Shown here one piece after another: positions 29,385 to 40,209 of a stretch of 64,000 nt of DNA. The position numbers and the translations under genes were made by a program. The first letter of the stretch is position 1. Each line of letters begins with the position of its first letter. This DNA comes from an uncultured Candidatus Saccharibacteria bacterium. GTDB lineage: Bacteria > Patescibacteriota > Saccharimonadia > CAZBQI01. The stretch is from positions 21,737 through 85,736 of the forward strand of contig CAZBQI010000003.1 of the NCBI GenBank assembly GCA_964494105.1, written 5' to 3'. Under the pieces are notes generated by a model. That model had not been told where the DNA came from, searched no databases, and was given only the letters and a program-made list of their open reading frames with translations.

Positions 29385-29988
29385 AGTGACTTTTCTGCGT
29401 CATGGTATTCTTCAGAATCCATATAACGACTATACTCAACTAACATTAATGCAGCTAAATGAATTAGCCGAGCAGAAAACACAGCCACATATCAACCAGG
29501 CGCAATCAACGCATCTTATCAGCAAAAAAATTGAAAGTCTCAAAAGTATAGAAGCTATTTACTGTGCCACTAATCGTCGTTCGGCTGAGACAGCTGCCTT
29601 ACTAGCACAGAGCTTAAATAAGCCATTTCCAATAGAAGCAACAGCATTATTAAATGAAATTGTTTTTAGCCCAGCTAAGATGATAGCTGAAGCTCAGTAT
29701 AAATTAGCAGGCATGGATGCAATTAGGGAGAGTTTATTTATGTCTATAGTCTCAGGGGACGGCAAAGCTGAAAGCCTGAGCGATATTTACAATCGGGTCA
29801 ATAGAATAGATGGTTTAATTAAAAAATCTAGATACGGGGATGTGCTTGTTGTAACGCATGGATTCTTAATGCGCTTTTTACAGGTACATTATTTACAAGA
29901 ACAAGTAAATTTTATGCATATAAAAGCAGAAGATATCGCACAACAGAAAAATTACTATTATTTAGATGGCTTTACTACAAAAATATAG
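29377..29988 (+). CDS. histidine phosphatase superfamily protein (phosphoglycerate-mutase-like)
   Basis: FLRHG (RHG catalytic His), RRSAETA and VVTHG motifs. AAGGAGG RBS. Overlaps the upstream gene by 8 nt. Confidence 0.7.
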   Translation: MSRVTFLRHGILQNPYNDYTQLTLMQLNELAEQKTQPHINQAQSTHLISKKIESLKSIEAIYCATNRRSAETAALLAQSLNKPFPIEATALLNEIVFSPAKMIAEAQYKLAGMDAIRESLFMSIVSGDGKAESLSDIYNRVNRIDGLIKKSRYGDVLVVTHGFLMRFLQVHYLQEQVNFMHIKAEDIAQQKNYYYLDGFTTKI

Positions 29989-29990
29989 CA

Positions 29991-30421
29991 CTAAACTTTG
30001 CGGTGGTGTCGGCGTCTAAGTTCGGCAACTTTTAGCTGCGCTAAGTGGCGTTCAATTAAGCCGGTGGCATCGGCCAGGGCTACTTGGTCTTTGGCGTTCT
30101 TCTGCATGTCTTTGGCGCGCTCTAGAGCTTCTTTGACTTCCATTTCGTTAATATCATCTGCTGCTTCAGCGGCATTAGCTAATAGGCGAACCCTCGTGCC
30201 TGAGATTTCAATTACGCCACCATCACTGGCAAAATGATCTAGCTTAGAGTCCGGATCGTTCTGTGACCTGCGCACACTCACAACGCCGGGGACAGCGATG
30301 GAAATCAGCGGTATGTGATGAGGCATGATTGTAATGATTCCAGATGGAGTAGGGAGTGAAATAGAATAGCACTCTTCGGTAAACTTTACGCCTTCTAGTG
30401 TTACAAGCTCAAATGTCAGCA

Positions 30422-30422
<1 letters not shown>
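29991..30422 (-). CDS. atpC: F1 ATP synthase epsilon subunit
   Basis: 143 aa with epsilon beta-sandwich plus helical hairpin. Last gene of the atp operon. Confidence 0.85.
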
Positions 30423-31807
<1,385 letters not shown>

Positions 31808-31817
31808 TCATGCCTCC

Positions 31818-32693
31818 TTAATTAATTGCCGCTGCACCGCCGGTTATTTCGGCTAATTCCTGGGTGATACCAGCCTGGCGAGCAGAGTTAAATGCTAGGG
31901 TTAAATCGTCGGTTAGTTCGTTGGCATTATCTGTAGCGTTTTTCATAGCCATCATTCGCATTGAATGCTCGCTGGCGATAGCTTCTAGAATTGCCTGGTA
32001 AAGCTGAGATTCTATCAGTCGTGGCACCACCAGGTTCATGACGTCTTCAACTGATGGTTCAAACTCTGCGTTTTCAATGTCTGATGCCTCGGAATCTTTG
32101 GCCATCTCTTCGAGCCTCGCTGGTAATAATACTTCGGTGCGAGCGATTTGGTTGATACTCGAAACGTATTCGGTGTAGAGCAAAACAACTTCATCGACTT
32201 TGTTTTCTAAAAAACTTTCCATAGCGGTTTTTACAAGTGGCTGAATATCACGTGCACTTGGAGCGTCCGGCCACTTTTCGTAAACACCTAATAGTTCTAA
32301 ACCCTCAAGTTTTGAGGAAAATATACTTCCTTTTCTTCCGATTACCACAGCCGAAGAAATAATGCCCTGAGCTTTATCGTCAGTTAGTTTTCGTGTAAAG
32401 AGTTTTAAGACATTACTGTTGTAGGCACCCGCAAGCCCGCGATCACTTGTAAAAACAATATACAGACGTTTCTTTACTTCGCGCCGTGCAAAGTAAGGGT
32501 ACGACTTTGCACGTGGCAGTTGTGATAACCGACCCAAAATGGAACGCCCGGTATTGCGGAATGCACGTGCTTTTAAAGTTGCTTCCTGAGCTTTACGCAT
32601 TTTGCTGGCGCTAACAAGCTCCATAGCCTTGGTGATCTGCTTGGTACTTGAAACCGATCGTATACGGCGTTTAATCACCTGAATCTGCGCCAT
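31818..32693 (-). CDS. atpG: F1 ATP synthase gamma subunit
   Basis: 291 aa with gamma-subunit N- and C-terminal helices. 1-nt TAATG overlap with atpA. Confidence 0.9.
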   Translation of the reverse strand: MAQIQVIKRRIRSVSSTKQITKAMELVSASKMRKAQEATLKARAFRNTGRSILGRLSQLPRAKSYPYFARREVKKRLYIVFTSDRGLAGAYNSNVLKLFTRKLTDDKAQGIISSAVVIGRKGSIFSSKLEGLELLGVYEKWPDAPSARDIQPLVKTAMESFLENKVDEVVLLYTEYVSSINQIARTEVLLPARLEEMAKDSEASDIENAEFEPSVEDVMNLVVPRLIESQLYQAILEAIASEHSMRMMAMKNATDNANELTDDLTLAFNSARQAGITQELAEITGGAAAIN

Positions 32694-34255
32694 TAGGCTT
32701 TAACCTCACTCTTATTTTCAGAATCTTCCGCTATGTAATCTTTGGTAATACTCTCGGCAATTTTTACAATTTCTTCTTTTTGTTTCTCGTTTAATTTTTC
32801 ACCCTTGGCCAGTGCGCCAACCATTGCTTTATTTTGAGCGTGTATGTGTTGGAGGAATTTACCTTGCGCTTCTTTAACTTTGGTAACTGGGACTTTGTCG
32901 AAAGCACCGCCGGTACCGACCACCAATACCGCCACTTGGTCGCCAACACCAAGGGGTGAATATTGCGGCTGCTTTAGTAACTCCGTTAATCGTTGACCAC
33001 GATCAATTCGTTGCGTTGTCTCGGCGTCAAGATCTGTCGAAAGTTGGGCAAAGGCAGCAAGTTCACGGTATTGGGCTAGCTCTAAGCGAAGTGAGCCAGC
33101 AACTTGTTTCATACTGGCCATTTGAGCAGCACCACCCACACGTGATACCGAGAGGCCAACGTTTACGGCTGGTCGAATTCCTTGGTAAAAAAGGTCGGTT
33201 TCGAGGAATATCTGACCATCGGTAATCGAAATAACGTTTGTTGGTATGTAGGCCGACACGTCACCGGCTTGGGTTTCAATAATTGGCAGCGCTGTTAGCG
33301 AACCTGCGCCGTTGGCATCACTCATTTTAGCAGCACGCTCTAATAGGCGAGAGTGTAGGTAAAATACGTCACCGGGGTAGGCTTCACGTCCGGGAGGACG
33401 CCGTAATAGTAAAGACATTTGTCGATAGGCCTGGGCGTGCTTGGTTAAATCGTCAAAAATAATTAGCGCATGTTGCTTGTTGTCGCGGAAGAATTCTCCC
33501 ATGGCCGCACCGGTGTAAGGCGCGAGGAACTGCAAAGAGGCAGGGTCGGAAGCGCTGGTGGCTACAACAATAGACTGATCCATAACGTCTTCTTGGCGCA
33601 AGCGCTCGACAATCTTTGCTACAGTTGAAAACTTTTGCCCAATGGCAACGTAAATATTTATCACGCCACTGTTTTGCTTGTGCTGATTTATCATGGTATC
33701 GATTGCAATGGCCGTTTTACCGGTTTTTCGATCTCCGATAATTAGTTCGCGTTGTCCGCGTCCGATTGGAATCATTGAGTCAATCGATGCAATACCGGTC
33801 ATTAGAGGTTCGTGAACGCTTTTGCGTTCGATAACGCCGGGAGCCTTTCGCTCTACCTGTGCAGTTTCCTTAGCGTTAATCGGACCTTTACCGTCAAGTG
33901 GCTCACCCAGCGGGTTAACGACTCGCCCTATCAGCTCTTTGCCTACAGGTACTTCGAGTACTTTGCCGGTGAGGTGTACTTTGGCTCCGGCTTTAACTTC
34001 GACTTCGTCACCGAGCAAGACCACACCGATTTCATCTTCCATGAGGTTGAGGGCGAAGGCGCTAATGCGTTCGGTACTGTGAGTTTCTATCTCTACCATT
34101 TCGTTAAATCCGCATTCTCGCAGTCCATATACCCAGGCGATACCATCTCCGACACGAGTGACGACACCGACTTTTTGTACATTTCCAGTGTGTTTAAGCT
34201 CTGAAATAGCCGCCTTTAGTTCATTAGAAATGTCTTTGATAGATATGTCGCTCAT
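32693..34255 (-). CDS. atpA: F1 ATP synthase alpha subunit
   Basis: [14 protein letters not shown] Walker A, 520 aa. Confidence 0.97.
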   Translation of the reverse strand: MSDISIKDISNELKAAISELKHTGNVQKVGVVTRVGDGIAWVYGLRECGFNEMVEIETHSTERISAFALNLMEDEIGVVLLGDEVEVKAGAKVHLTGKVLEVPVGKELIGRVVNPLGEPLDGKGPINAKETAQVERKAPGVIERKSVHEPLMTGIASIDSMIPIGRGQRELIIGDRKTGKTAIAIDTMINQHKQNSGVINIYVAIGQKFSTVAKIVERLRQEDVMDQSIVVATSASDPASLQFLAPYTGAAMGEFFRDNKQHALIIFDDLTKHAQAYRQMSLLLRRPPGREAYPGDVFYLHSRLLERAAKMSDANGAGSLTALPIIETQAGDVSAYIPTNVISITDGQIFLETDLFYQGIRPAVNVGLSVSRVGGAAQMASMKQVAGSLRLELAQYRELAAFAQLSTDLDAETTQRIDRGQRLTELLKQPQYSPLGVGDQVAVLVVGTGGAFDKVPVTKVKEAQGKFLQHIHAQNKAMVGALAKGEKLNEKQKEEIVKIAESITKDYIAEDSENKSEVKA

Positions 34256-34644
34256 ACTCGTAACTCCTGTAGTTTAGTTGCTAATGAAAAGTCGAATTCG
34301 TGACTTGGGGTTTGAGCAATAAGTCCACCAATTATCTTTTTGTCAATTTCGGTGTGTAGATGTACCTGTTTTGCTCCGGTTTGTGTTTTTATCAGCTTGA
34401 TTAAGTCGTGCCTGATTGAGTCATTTAGCTCGTTGACGGCAACAACATCAACGTCAATTCGCCCACGTTGACGCAATAACTCTAGATTAATGTCATTGAG
34501 CAACAGTTCAACATTATTAGTCATTTTGTTTTTCACAACATAGTGAGCTAAGACGAGGTTGAGCCGACTGGCCGGGTATTTATCTAAGAGAGAAACGTAG
34601 GCTTTGGCTAATTGAGATCGAGTTACCTTACTCATGGTGAGCAC
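34252..34644 (-). CDS. atpH: F1 ATP synthase delta (OSCP) subunit, short form
   Basis: 130 aa. Sits between atpF and atpA, overlapping both. Confidence 0.65.
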   Translation of the reverse strand: MLTMSKVTRSQLAKAYVSLLDKYPASRLNLVLAHYVVKNKMTNNVELLLNDINLELLRQRGRIDVDVVAVNELNDSIRHDLIKLIKTQTGAKQVHLHTEIDKKIIGGLIAQTPSHEFDFSLATKLQELRV

Positions 34645-35161
34645 CTTTGCTCAGGGCTTTTTCGATGAGGCGATGATCACGACGAACATCAAGTTTCTCC
34701 TCAATAATGCTCTGCGTAGCACCAATAACTAAATCGATAGTCTCTTGCTTGAGAGCGCGTTTGGCCGCTTTTACATCTTCTTCGATGTGAACACGAGCTT
34801 CCTTTACTAACTGTTCACCACGTGCAGCGGCTTTTTCTTCGGCCGCCTTAACCAACACAGCAGCCTCGGTTTTGGCTTGCACTATGACTTTATCGGCTTC
34901 AGCGCGACTGCGGGCAAGCATCTTTTCGTGTTCAACAGCAGCTTTTTCAGACTGCTCCTCAAGCTCTTTAGCTGTTTTTAAACCTTCCTCAATTGTAAGA
35001 CGTCGATCCTCGAGCGCCTTGAGTATAGGAGCAAAAGCATATTTCTTGAGCACAAAAAACACCAACAAAAAAGTAGCTAGTTGGAGCAAAAACGACTTAA
35101 GGTCGATCCCCAGTGCTGCTACACCGCCAGCAGTCTCTTCACCACCCTCACTGGCGAACAT
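34628..35161 (-). CDS. atpF: Fo ATP synthase subunit b
   Basis: An N-terminal TM helix followed by a long charged helix rich in A/E/K/R. Confidence 0.8.
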   Translation of the reverse strand: MFASEGGEETAGGVAALGIDLKSFLLQLATFLLVFFVLKKYAFAPILKALEDRRLTIEEGLKTAKELEEQSEKAAVEHEKMLARSRAEADKVIVQAKTEAAVLVKAAEEKAAARGEQLVKEARVHIEEDVKAAKRALKQETIDLVIGATQSIIEEKLDVRRDHRLIEKALSKGAHHE

Positions 35162-35216
35162 TTTAGCTAGTAATAGTAAACTCGTATCCAGAATTTCCCC
35201 CGCAGATTACCAATAT

Positions 35217-35489
35217 TTATGAAATCGTAAAGGCGATAACCAGCACGTAAATAGCCAAAGCCTCAACCAATGCGGCCGAGATCAATAGAATTGGCAAAAT
35301 CTTTCCGGCGAGCTCCGGATTACGTCCGAGCGCCTTCATAGTATTAGAACCGATCCAGCCTAAGCTTACTGCTGGCATTAATGCACCTAGTGCAATTGTC
35401 ATACCCTTGACGAAATTCGGGTCTGTCAAAGGTGACGCGGTTGCTGCCTCGGTAGTTTCGGCCGCGAAAGTTGTTAATAGATCTACCAT
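35217..35489 (-). CDS. atpE: Fo ATP synthase subunit c
   Basis: A two-helix hairpin with a conserved carboxylate in helix 2 (LVEALAIY), plus a short N-terminal extension. Confidence 0.85.
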   Translation of the reverse strand: MVDLLTTFAAETTEAATASPLTDPNFVKGMTIALGALMPAVSLGWIGSNTMKALGRNPELAGKILPILLISAALVEALAIYVLVIAFTIS

Positions 35490-35510
35490 TTTAACTCCTT
35501 ATATTATTAA

Positions 35511-36338
35511 TTACGTATTTATACCATTCGCTTGGCCATTAGCCAAGACCTTTTCTTTACTAGACGAATGGTCAGCTTGGGTTTCGGCGCTATCTTCGCC
35601 ACTATGATGAGTCGCTACGCTGAGGTAAACAATTGTTAACATTGTAAAAACAAATGCCTGAATTAGGCCGACAAACAGTTCCATAAAATAAAACGGAAGA
35701 GTAGTAATTGGAGACAGATAGCCGCTGATCTTTGCGATAGTTACCAGCAAAACCTCTCCAGCAAATACGTTTCCAAAAAGACGCAAAGAAAGTGATGCCA
35801 TGCGTGTGAATTCACCCAAGACTTCAAGAATACCTACGAATAAATTTATCGGGTTCCAGGGTTTATCAGAAAAGTAGTGTTTTAAGTGACCCATAACCCC
35901 AAGTTCCTTTATTGCATAAATTTGAACCAAAATAATTGTAAAAACAGCCAGAGCAAGCGTACCGTTTAGATCAGCTGTAAAGCCACGAAAAAGCGGAGCT
36001 CCGTTGGCTTGAATTGAGCCAACACCCGGCAGTAAGCCAAACCAGTTACTCATTAAAATGAACAAAAAAACGCTCAAAATGAGCGGTGCAAAACGAATGG
36101 CTTTTTTGCGGTCGTGCATGATATTGGCCGCAGTATCAATTACGTATTCGACAGCTACTTCCACCAGACTGGCAAAGGTGCCACCCGGCTTTTTTTTGAT
36201 TCTTTTAGCAGCTGCCAGCAGCAATACGATGACGGCCGCCGCCGAAAGCAACCCGTATAAGTATGAGTTACTGATTGATAGCGGGCCGATTTCAATTACT
36301 TTCTCGGCTGATAATGATGTAGCGAATAGTTCTAGCAC
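35511..36338 (-). CDS. atpB: Fo ATP synthase subunit a
   Basis: 275 aa polytopic protein. C-terminal SLSLRLFGNVFAGE contains the essential Arg. Confidence 0.85.
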   Translation of the reverse strand: MLELFATSLSAEKVIEIGPLSISNSYLYGLLSAAAVIVLLLAAAKRIKKKPGGTFASLVEVAVEYVIDTAANIMHDRKKAIRFAPLILSVFLFILMSNWFGLLPGVGSIQANGAPLFRGFTADLNGTLALAVFTIILVQIYAIKELGVMGHLKHYFSDKPWNPINLFVGILEVLGEFTRMASLSLRLFGNVFAGEVLLVTIAKISGYLSPITTLPFYFMELFVGLIQAFVFTMLTIVYLSVATHHSGEDSAETQADHSSSKEKVLANGQANGINT

Positions 36339-36610
36339 TATTTTCCTCCAAACATTCCTGGGAAGTTCTCTTTAATGTAGCGGTATATCAGCAACGTTGC
36401 AAATGCCAGTGACAGTAAAAGCCCAGTAACTGAAAGAAGTGGGTTTAGTCCAAAGTGCTGATCTAGCCGAATACCACCAATTGTGAGCACAAGTATGGGG
36501 ATAGCAACCCGCCACGTTACTTCGCCCAAATGTTGTGGCAGTCGAGCAAATTCTTCGTCGCTAGCCGATGGTTTATCGGTTTTCTTGGAGTCTTTATTCT
36601 CAGTACTCAT
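36338..36610 (-). CDS. AtpZ/AtpI-like small membrane protein, first gene of the atp operon
   Basis: Two TM helices, placed directly upstream of atpB. Start is moved to MSTENK at 36610. A TTGTGA-18-TGg-TATAGT promoter on the minus strand ends 7 nt before this ATG. Confidence 0.45.
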   Translation of the reverse strand: MSTENKDSKKTDKPSASDEEFARLPQHLGEVTWRVAIPILVLTIGGIRLDQHFGLNPLLSVTGLLLSLAFATLLIYRYIKENFPGMFGGK

Positions 36611-36688
36611 TTTACTTACTATACCATAAATGTTTACTACGTCACAAGAAGCTGACAGATACAAGGTTCTACCGTAGAATGGTCGTAT

Positions 36689-37138
36689 ATGGGTTTTACG
36701 CTTGAGATTTTAGATAAAGCTGGTCCGACTGAATATAAAGATATACAAAAGTTGGCTATTCAATTAGGCGAGAATCATTTAGGTAAAGTTAGCGGTGAGC
36801 AGAAATACATAGAACATGTAATAGATAATCACTTCGCCAAAATTGTAGTAGCTCGGGACGAAAACGCTCGTATTGTCGGGATGGCTACGGTTATTTTAGT
36901 AACCAAAATCGCTTACGACGAAGCGCACATAGAGGATGTCGTAGTGGACGAATCTATGCGTGGTCAGGGTCTTGGAAAGGCCATAATGCAAATGGCCATA
37001 GAAACGGCGTGGTCTATGGGCGCGGATAAAATTGAGCTGACATCACGCGCTAGTCGTGAGGCGGCCAACGCTTTGTACCAAAAACTGGGGTTTAAACTTC
37101 GCAAAACTAACGTTTACATTTTAAAAAAAGGTAATTAG
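36689..37138 (+). CDS. GNAT-family N-acetyltransferase
   Basis: 149 aa. RGQGLGKAIMQMAIETAWSMGADKIELTS...NALYQKLGF is the acetyl-CoA-binding motif A/B region. Confidence 0.8.
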   Translation: MGFTLEILDKAGPTEYKDIQKLAIQLGENHLGKVSGEQKYIEHVIDNHFAKIVVARDENARIVGMATVILVTKIAYDEAHIEDVVVDESMRGQGLGKAIMQMAIETAWSMGADKIELTSRASREAANALYQKLGFKLRKTNVYILKKGN

Positions 37139-37139
37139 C

Positions 37140-38309
37140 ATGGCTCGTGTTAGCATTTCTGAATACCGAGCAAAAAAGCTGCTACTTGGTGATGATTACG
37201 TGGGTTGGCAGTTAAGCGTCAAGAATGCTCGAGCCATAATTTCCAAGCTTCCACGAACAGCAACATATGTAGTTAAAGTTGATCAGGGTGTAAAGAAACG
37301 TTTCAAGCAGGGATTGCTTTCTGTAAATGTTGCCAAAGATCAGTTAGAAAGACATATTAAAAACTATGCCGCCAAAGGGTACGGACAGTTTTTAATAGAG
37401 ACGTACATACCGCACTTGCAAACGGCCGAACGCTACCTTTCGCTCGAGCGAGTGCGCCAAGGCATCAAGATATTATATTCGCTTAAAGGTGGCGTTGATA
37501 TCGAAGACAGTAGCGATTCCGTTTTGCAGGCTACTTATAGTGGTAAGCAAGTGATTCTGGAGGATATTGAGCGCGCATTAGAGGTAGAAACCGGATTTTT
37601 AGCGGGCATTGTCGATAAAATGAACGCACTACACATTAGTTTTATAGAAATTAACCCTTTGCTTGTTGTTGAGAGAAAGCCAATTCTGCTAGATTGTGCA
37701 ACTATGGTAGATTCTACCGCCAGTTGGTTTGTTGGTGGCGAATGGAGCGAGGATGATCTAATAGAGAGCGGCGGTGGTAACCCGCAGGAATTAGCTGTTC
37801 GCGAATTAAGCAAAAACTCTCCTTCGTCACTAACATTACGAGTGCTCAATCCGGATGGTTCGTTGTTTATGTTGCTCTCTGGTGGAGGCGCTAGTATCGC
37901 TTTGGCAGATGAAGCCTTTAACCTTGGCTTTGGAGCGCAAATTGCTAATTACGGGGAATATAGCGGCAACCCAACGCTAGAGGAAACTTATCTGTATACC
38001 AAACAAATTTTAAGCTTGTTACTAGAATCGGAGACTAAAAAGAAAGCTCTGGTAATCGCCGGCGGTGTAGCCAACTTTACCGACGTTTCTGCTACCTTTA
38101 AGGGGATAATTCAAGCGCTGGATGAGTGTAAAACCAAGTTAAAGAATCAGAAAATTAAAGTCTACGTGCGCCGGGGCGGGCCTAATGAGGCCAAGGGCTT
38201 GGCGATGATGAAAGATTTCTTGGAACACGCCGGCATTTTAGGCTCGGTAGCAGGCTCCGAGGAGCTCTTGGTAACACCGGTACGCGCGGCAGTAGCGAGT
38301 ATTAAATGA
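37140..38309 (+). CDS. aclB: ATP-citrate lyase beta-type subunit (ATP-grasp; AclB-like)
   Basis: 389 aa. FIEINPL, LNPDGSLFMLLSGGGASI, ANYGEYSGNPT, TFKGI and VYVRRGGPN align closely with motifs of the ATP-grasp half of ATP-citrate lyase (LEINPL, LNPKGRIW..GGGASV, ANYGEYSGAPSE, TFKGI, VRRGGPN). Confidence 0.7.
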   Translation: MARVSISEYRAKKLLLGDDYVGWQLSVKNARAIISKLPRTATYVVKVDQGVKKRFKQGLLSVNVAKDQLERHIKNYAAKGYGQFLIETYIPHLQTAERYLSLERVRQGIKILYSLKGGVDIEDSSDSVLQATYSGKQVILEDIERALEVETGFLAGIVDKMNALHISFIEINPLLVVERKPILLDCATMVDSTASWFVGGEWSEDDLIESGGGNPQELAVRELSKNSPSSLTLRVLNPDGSLFMLLSGGGASIALADEAFNLGFGAQIANYGEYSGNPTLEETYLYTKQILSLLLESETKKKALVIAGGVANFTDVSATFKGIIQALDECKTKLKNQKIKVYVRRGGPNEAKGLAMMKDFLEHAGILGSVAGSEELLVTPVRAAVASIK

Positions 38310-40081
38310 TAAACGTATCAGCCCTTCGCAAAGCCAAAAAAGGTATAGTAACGCTAGGGAGCCATCCTGGCATTATTCAGTCTATTTTAGACTTCGATTA
38401 TCTTAGCGGTGAAAGCGATCCTAGTGTGGTCGCTATTATTACCGCTAGTGCCAAAACGCAAAAATACTTTTGGGGGAATAGGGAGGTGCTGATTCCGTGC
38501 TATCCGCGGCTCGCGAGTATTCCCCGCGATAAAAAAGCCAATGTGAATCTGGCTATAAATTTAAATTCAGCCCGCCGAGTTTACGATTCAACTGTAGAAT
38601 TGTTTGAATTGTTTCCCGAAGCCTTTGGAGTACATATTTTTGCCGAGGATGTACCTGAACTGGCAGCTATCGAACTTTTTAATGCTTACCAAAAGAAGCA
38701 TTTTATTGTGGGCCCTTCAGGGGTTGGATTGGTTATAGCAAATTCCCTCAAGCTTGGTGCTGTCGGTGGGACTGACTATCAGCAGTTGCTAAAGTCTCAC
38801 TTATTTACCGAGGGCAATACGGCAGTTCTTTCGGCCTCGGGTGGCATGATAAACGAAATCATCAGGATGGTGGCAAATGGAGGCAAGCGAGTCTCGTTTG
38901 CTCTTACCCTTGGCGGGGATCGCTTTCCAGTTACGGCCCCCCTAGAAGCATTTCTGGCAGCCGAAGCCGACACGCAGACTGATCAGATTGTGTACTACGG
39001 CGAACTAGGTGGGTACGACGAATATGACCTAGTTGAGCTAATAAAAGCTAAGGAAGTTACCAAGCCGGTTGTCGCCTACATCGCGGGTAGTATTGCCGAG
39101 CAGTTCGACACGCCAGTGCAATTTGGCCATGCTAAAGCGCTCGCTGGCAACAAAAGCGAATCTGCTAGTGCCAAGCGGGCAGCGCTCGCGGAAGTTGGCG
39201 TGCAAGTTGCAGATTCACTCGAAAGCTTCCATACTTTAATAAGTAAGATGAAGAAACCAAACAATCCTGATCCAGAGGTAGATGCGGGTGAACTTAGCGG
39301 TCGTCGCAAAAGTTTGTTTAGTACTCAAATTGGGCGCGAGTCCGAGACTGGCTATGAATTTAGTGGCAAGTCGCTTGAAGCTTGGGAGCGCCGGGGCGAC
39401 TTTATAGCTATGGTGCTGGCTGGACTGCTTGGACGCCCGGCAAAATCGAAGCTACTAGAGGAATTCACCAAGACTGTGTTTATTTTGGGTCTAGACCATG
39501 GCCCGCAGGTTTCAGGAGCGCTAAATACCATTATTACTGCCCGCGCTGGCAAAGATATGGTGTCCTCATTAAGCGCTGGGTTATTGGCAATTGGCCCCCG
39601 CTTTGGTGGCGCTGGTAACGAGGCAGCGGGCAATTGGTTTGAAGGTGCAACATCGGGGGTAGAAGCCAGTGAGTTTGTAGAGAACTTAGCCAAGCAGAAG
39701 AAGCTAATTCTTGGCATTGGTCACAAGAAATATCGCCTTGGCTACCCAGACCCACGCGTTGTACGCTTGCTTGCCTTTGCCAAGCAATTAAAAGCTCATC
39801 GCTACCTGGATTTTGCCCAGGCAGTAGAGGATATTACAACCTCTAAAAAGGGTAATCTGATCTTAAATTTTGACGGAGCATTTGCAGCGATTCTTTTAGA
39901 TATTTTAGAGCTAGAAGAAAAGATGAGTGAAGATGAGATAAAAGAACTTATAGATGCCGAGTTTTTCAACGCATTCTTTGTAATTCCACGTTCAGTGGGC
40001 TTTGTTAGCCACTTCCTCGACCAAAAACGGCTTGATGAAGGCCTTTTCCGACTGCCTGACGAGTTATTGTACGCAAATTAA
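38306..40081 (+). CDS. aclA: ATP-citrate lyase alpha-type subunit (CoA-binding, phospho-His and citrate-synthase-like domains; AclA-like)
   Basis: 591 aa. QFGHAKA matches the catalytic phospho-His loop QFGHAG of ACL. GIGHKKYRLGYPDPRV and ITTSKKGNLILNFDGA match GIGHRVKS..PD.RV and ITTSKKPNLILNVDG. ATGA overlap with aclB. Confidence 0.75.
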   Translation: MINVSALRKAKKGIVTLGSHPGIIQSILDFDYLSGESDPSVVAIITASAKTQKYFWGNREVLIPCYPRLASIPRDKKANVNLAINLNSARRVYDSTVELFELFPEAFGVHIFAEDVPELAAIELFNAYQKKHFIVGPSGVGLVIANSLKLGAVGGTDYQQLLKSHLFTEGNTAVLSASGGMINEIIRMVANGGKRVSFALTLGGDRFPVTAPLEAFLAAEADTQTDQIVYYGELGGYDEYDLVELIKAKEVTKPVVAYIAGSIAEQFDTPVQFGHAKALAGNKSESASAKRAALAEVGVQVADSLESFHTLISKMKKPNNPDPEVDAGELSGRRKSLFSTQIGRESETGYEFSGKSLEAWERRGDFIAMVLAGLLGRPAKSKLLEEFTKTVFILGLDHGPQVSGALNTIITARAGKDMVSSLSAGLLAIGPRFGGAGNEAAGNWFEGATSGVEASEFVENLAKQKKLILGIGHKKYRLGYPDPRVVRLLAFAKQLKAHRYLDFAQAVEDITTSKKGNLILNFDGAFAAILLDILELEEKMSEDEIKELIDAEFFNAFFVIPRSVGFVSHFLDQKRLDEGLFRLPDELLYAN

Positions 40082-40120
40082 TTAGCACTCTTGACGGTAG
40101 AGTGCTAATGGCTTTATAAT
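40082..40120 (+). promoter_or_regulatory. stem-loop directly after the aclA stop, overlapping a TTGACG-18-TATAAT promoter for clpC
   Basis: 9-bp stem TTAGCACTC / GAGTGCTAA (40082-40090 and 40100-40108) with a 9-nt loop containing TTGACG (40091-40096). TATAAT at 40115-40120. The clpC TTG start at 40210 gives a roughly 85-nt leader. Confidence 0.45.
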
Positions 40121-40209
40121 CTTTTTATAGGCAAACCCAGTCCAACAGAGATAAAAACTCATGTACCAGACGCAGTTTTGTCGGTAAAATAGTAGTGGGA
40201 GAATAATTT

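Noticed and set aside
33812-34204. 130-aa ORF on the plus strand inside atpA (similar antisense ORFs lie inside dnaE, clpC, atpD, pepN and the PBP gene)
   Set aside because: These are embedded antisense to strongly conserved, confidently identified genes. They show no start context and no SD or promoter. They are typical shadow ORFs.
40121-40209. CtsR operator upstream of clpC
   Set aside because: Only a single GGTAAAA-like heptad is present. The tandem GGTCAAA-NAN-GGTCAAA repeat required for CtsR is absent.
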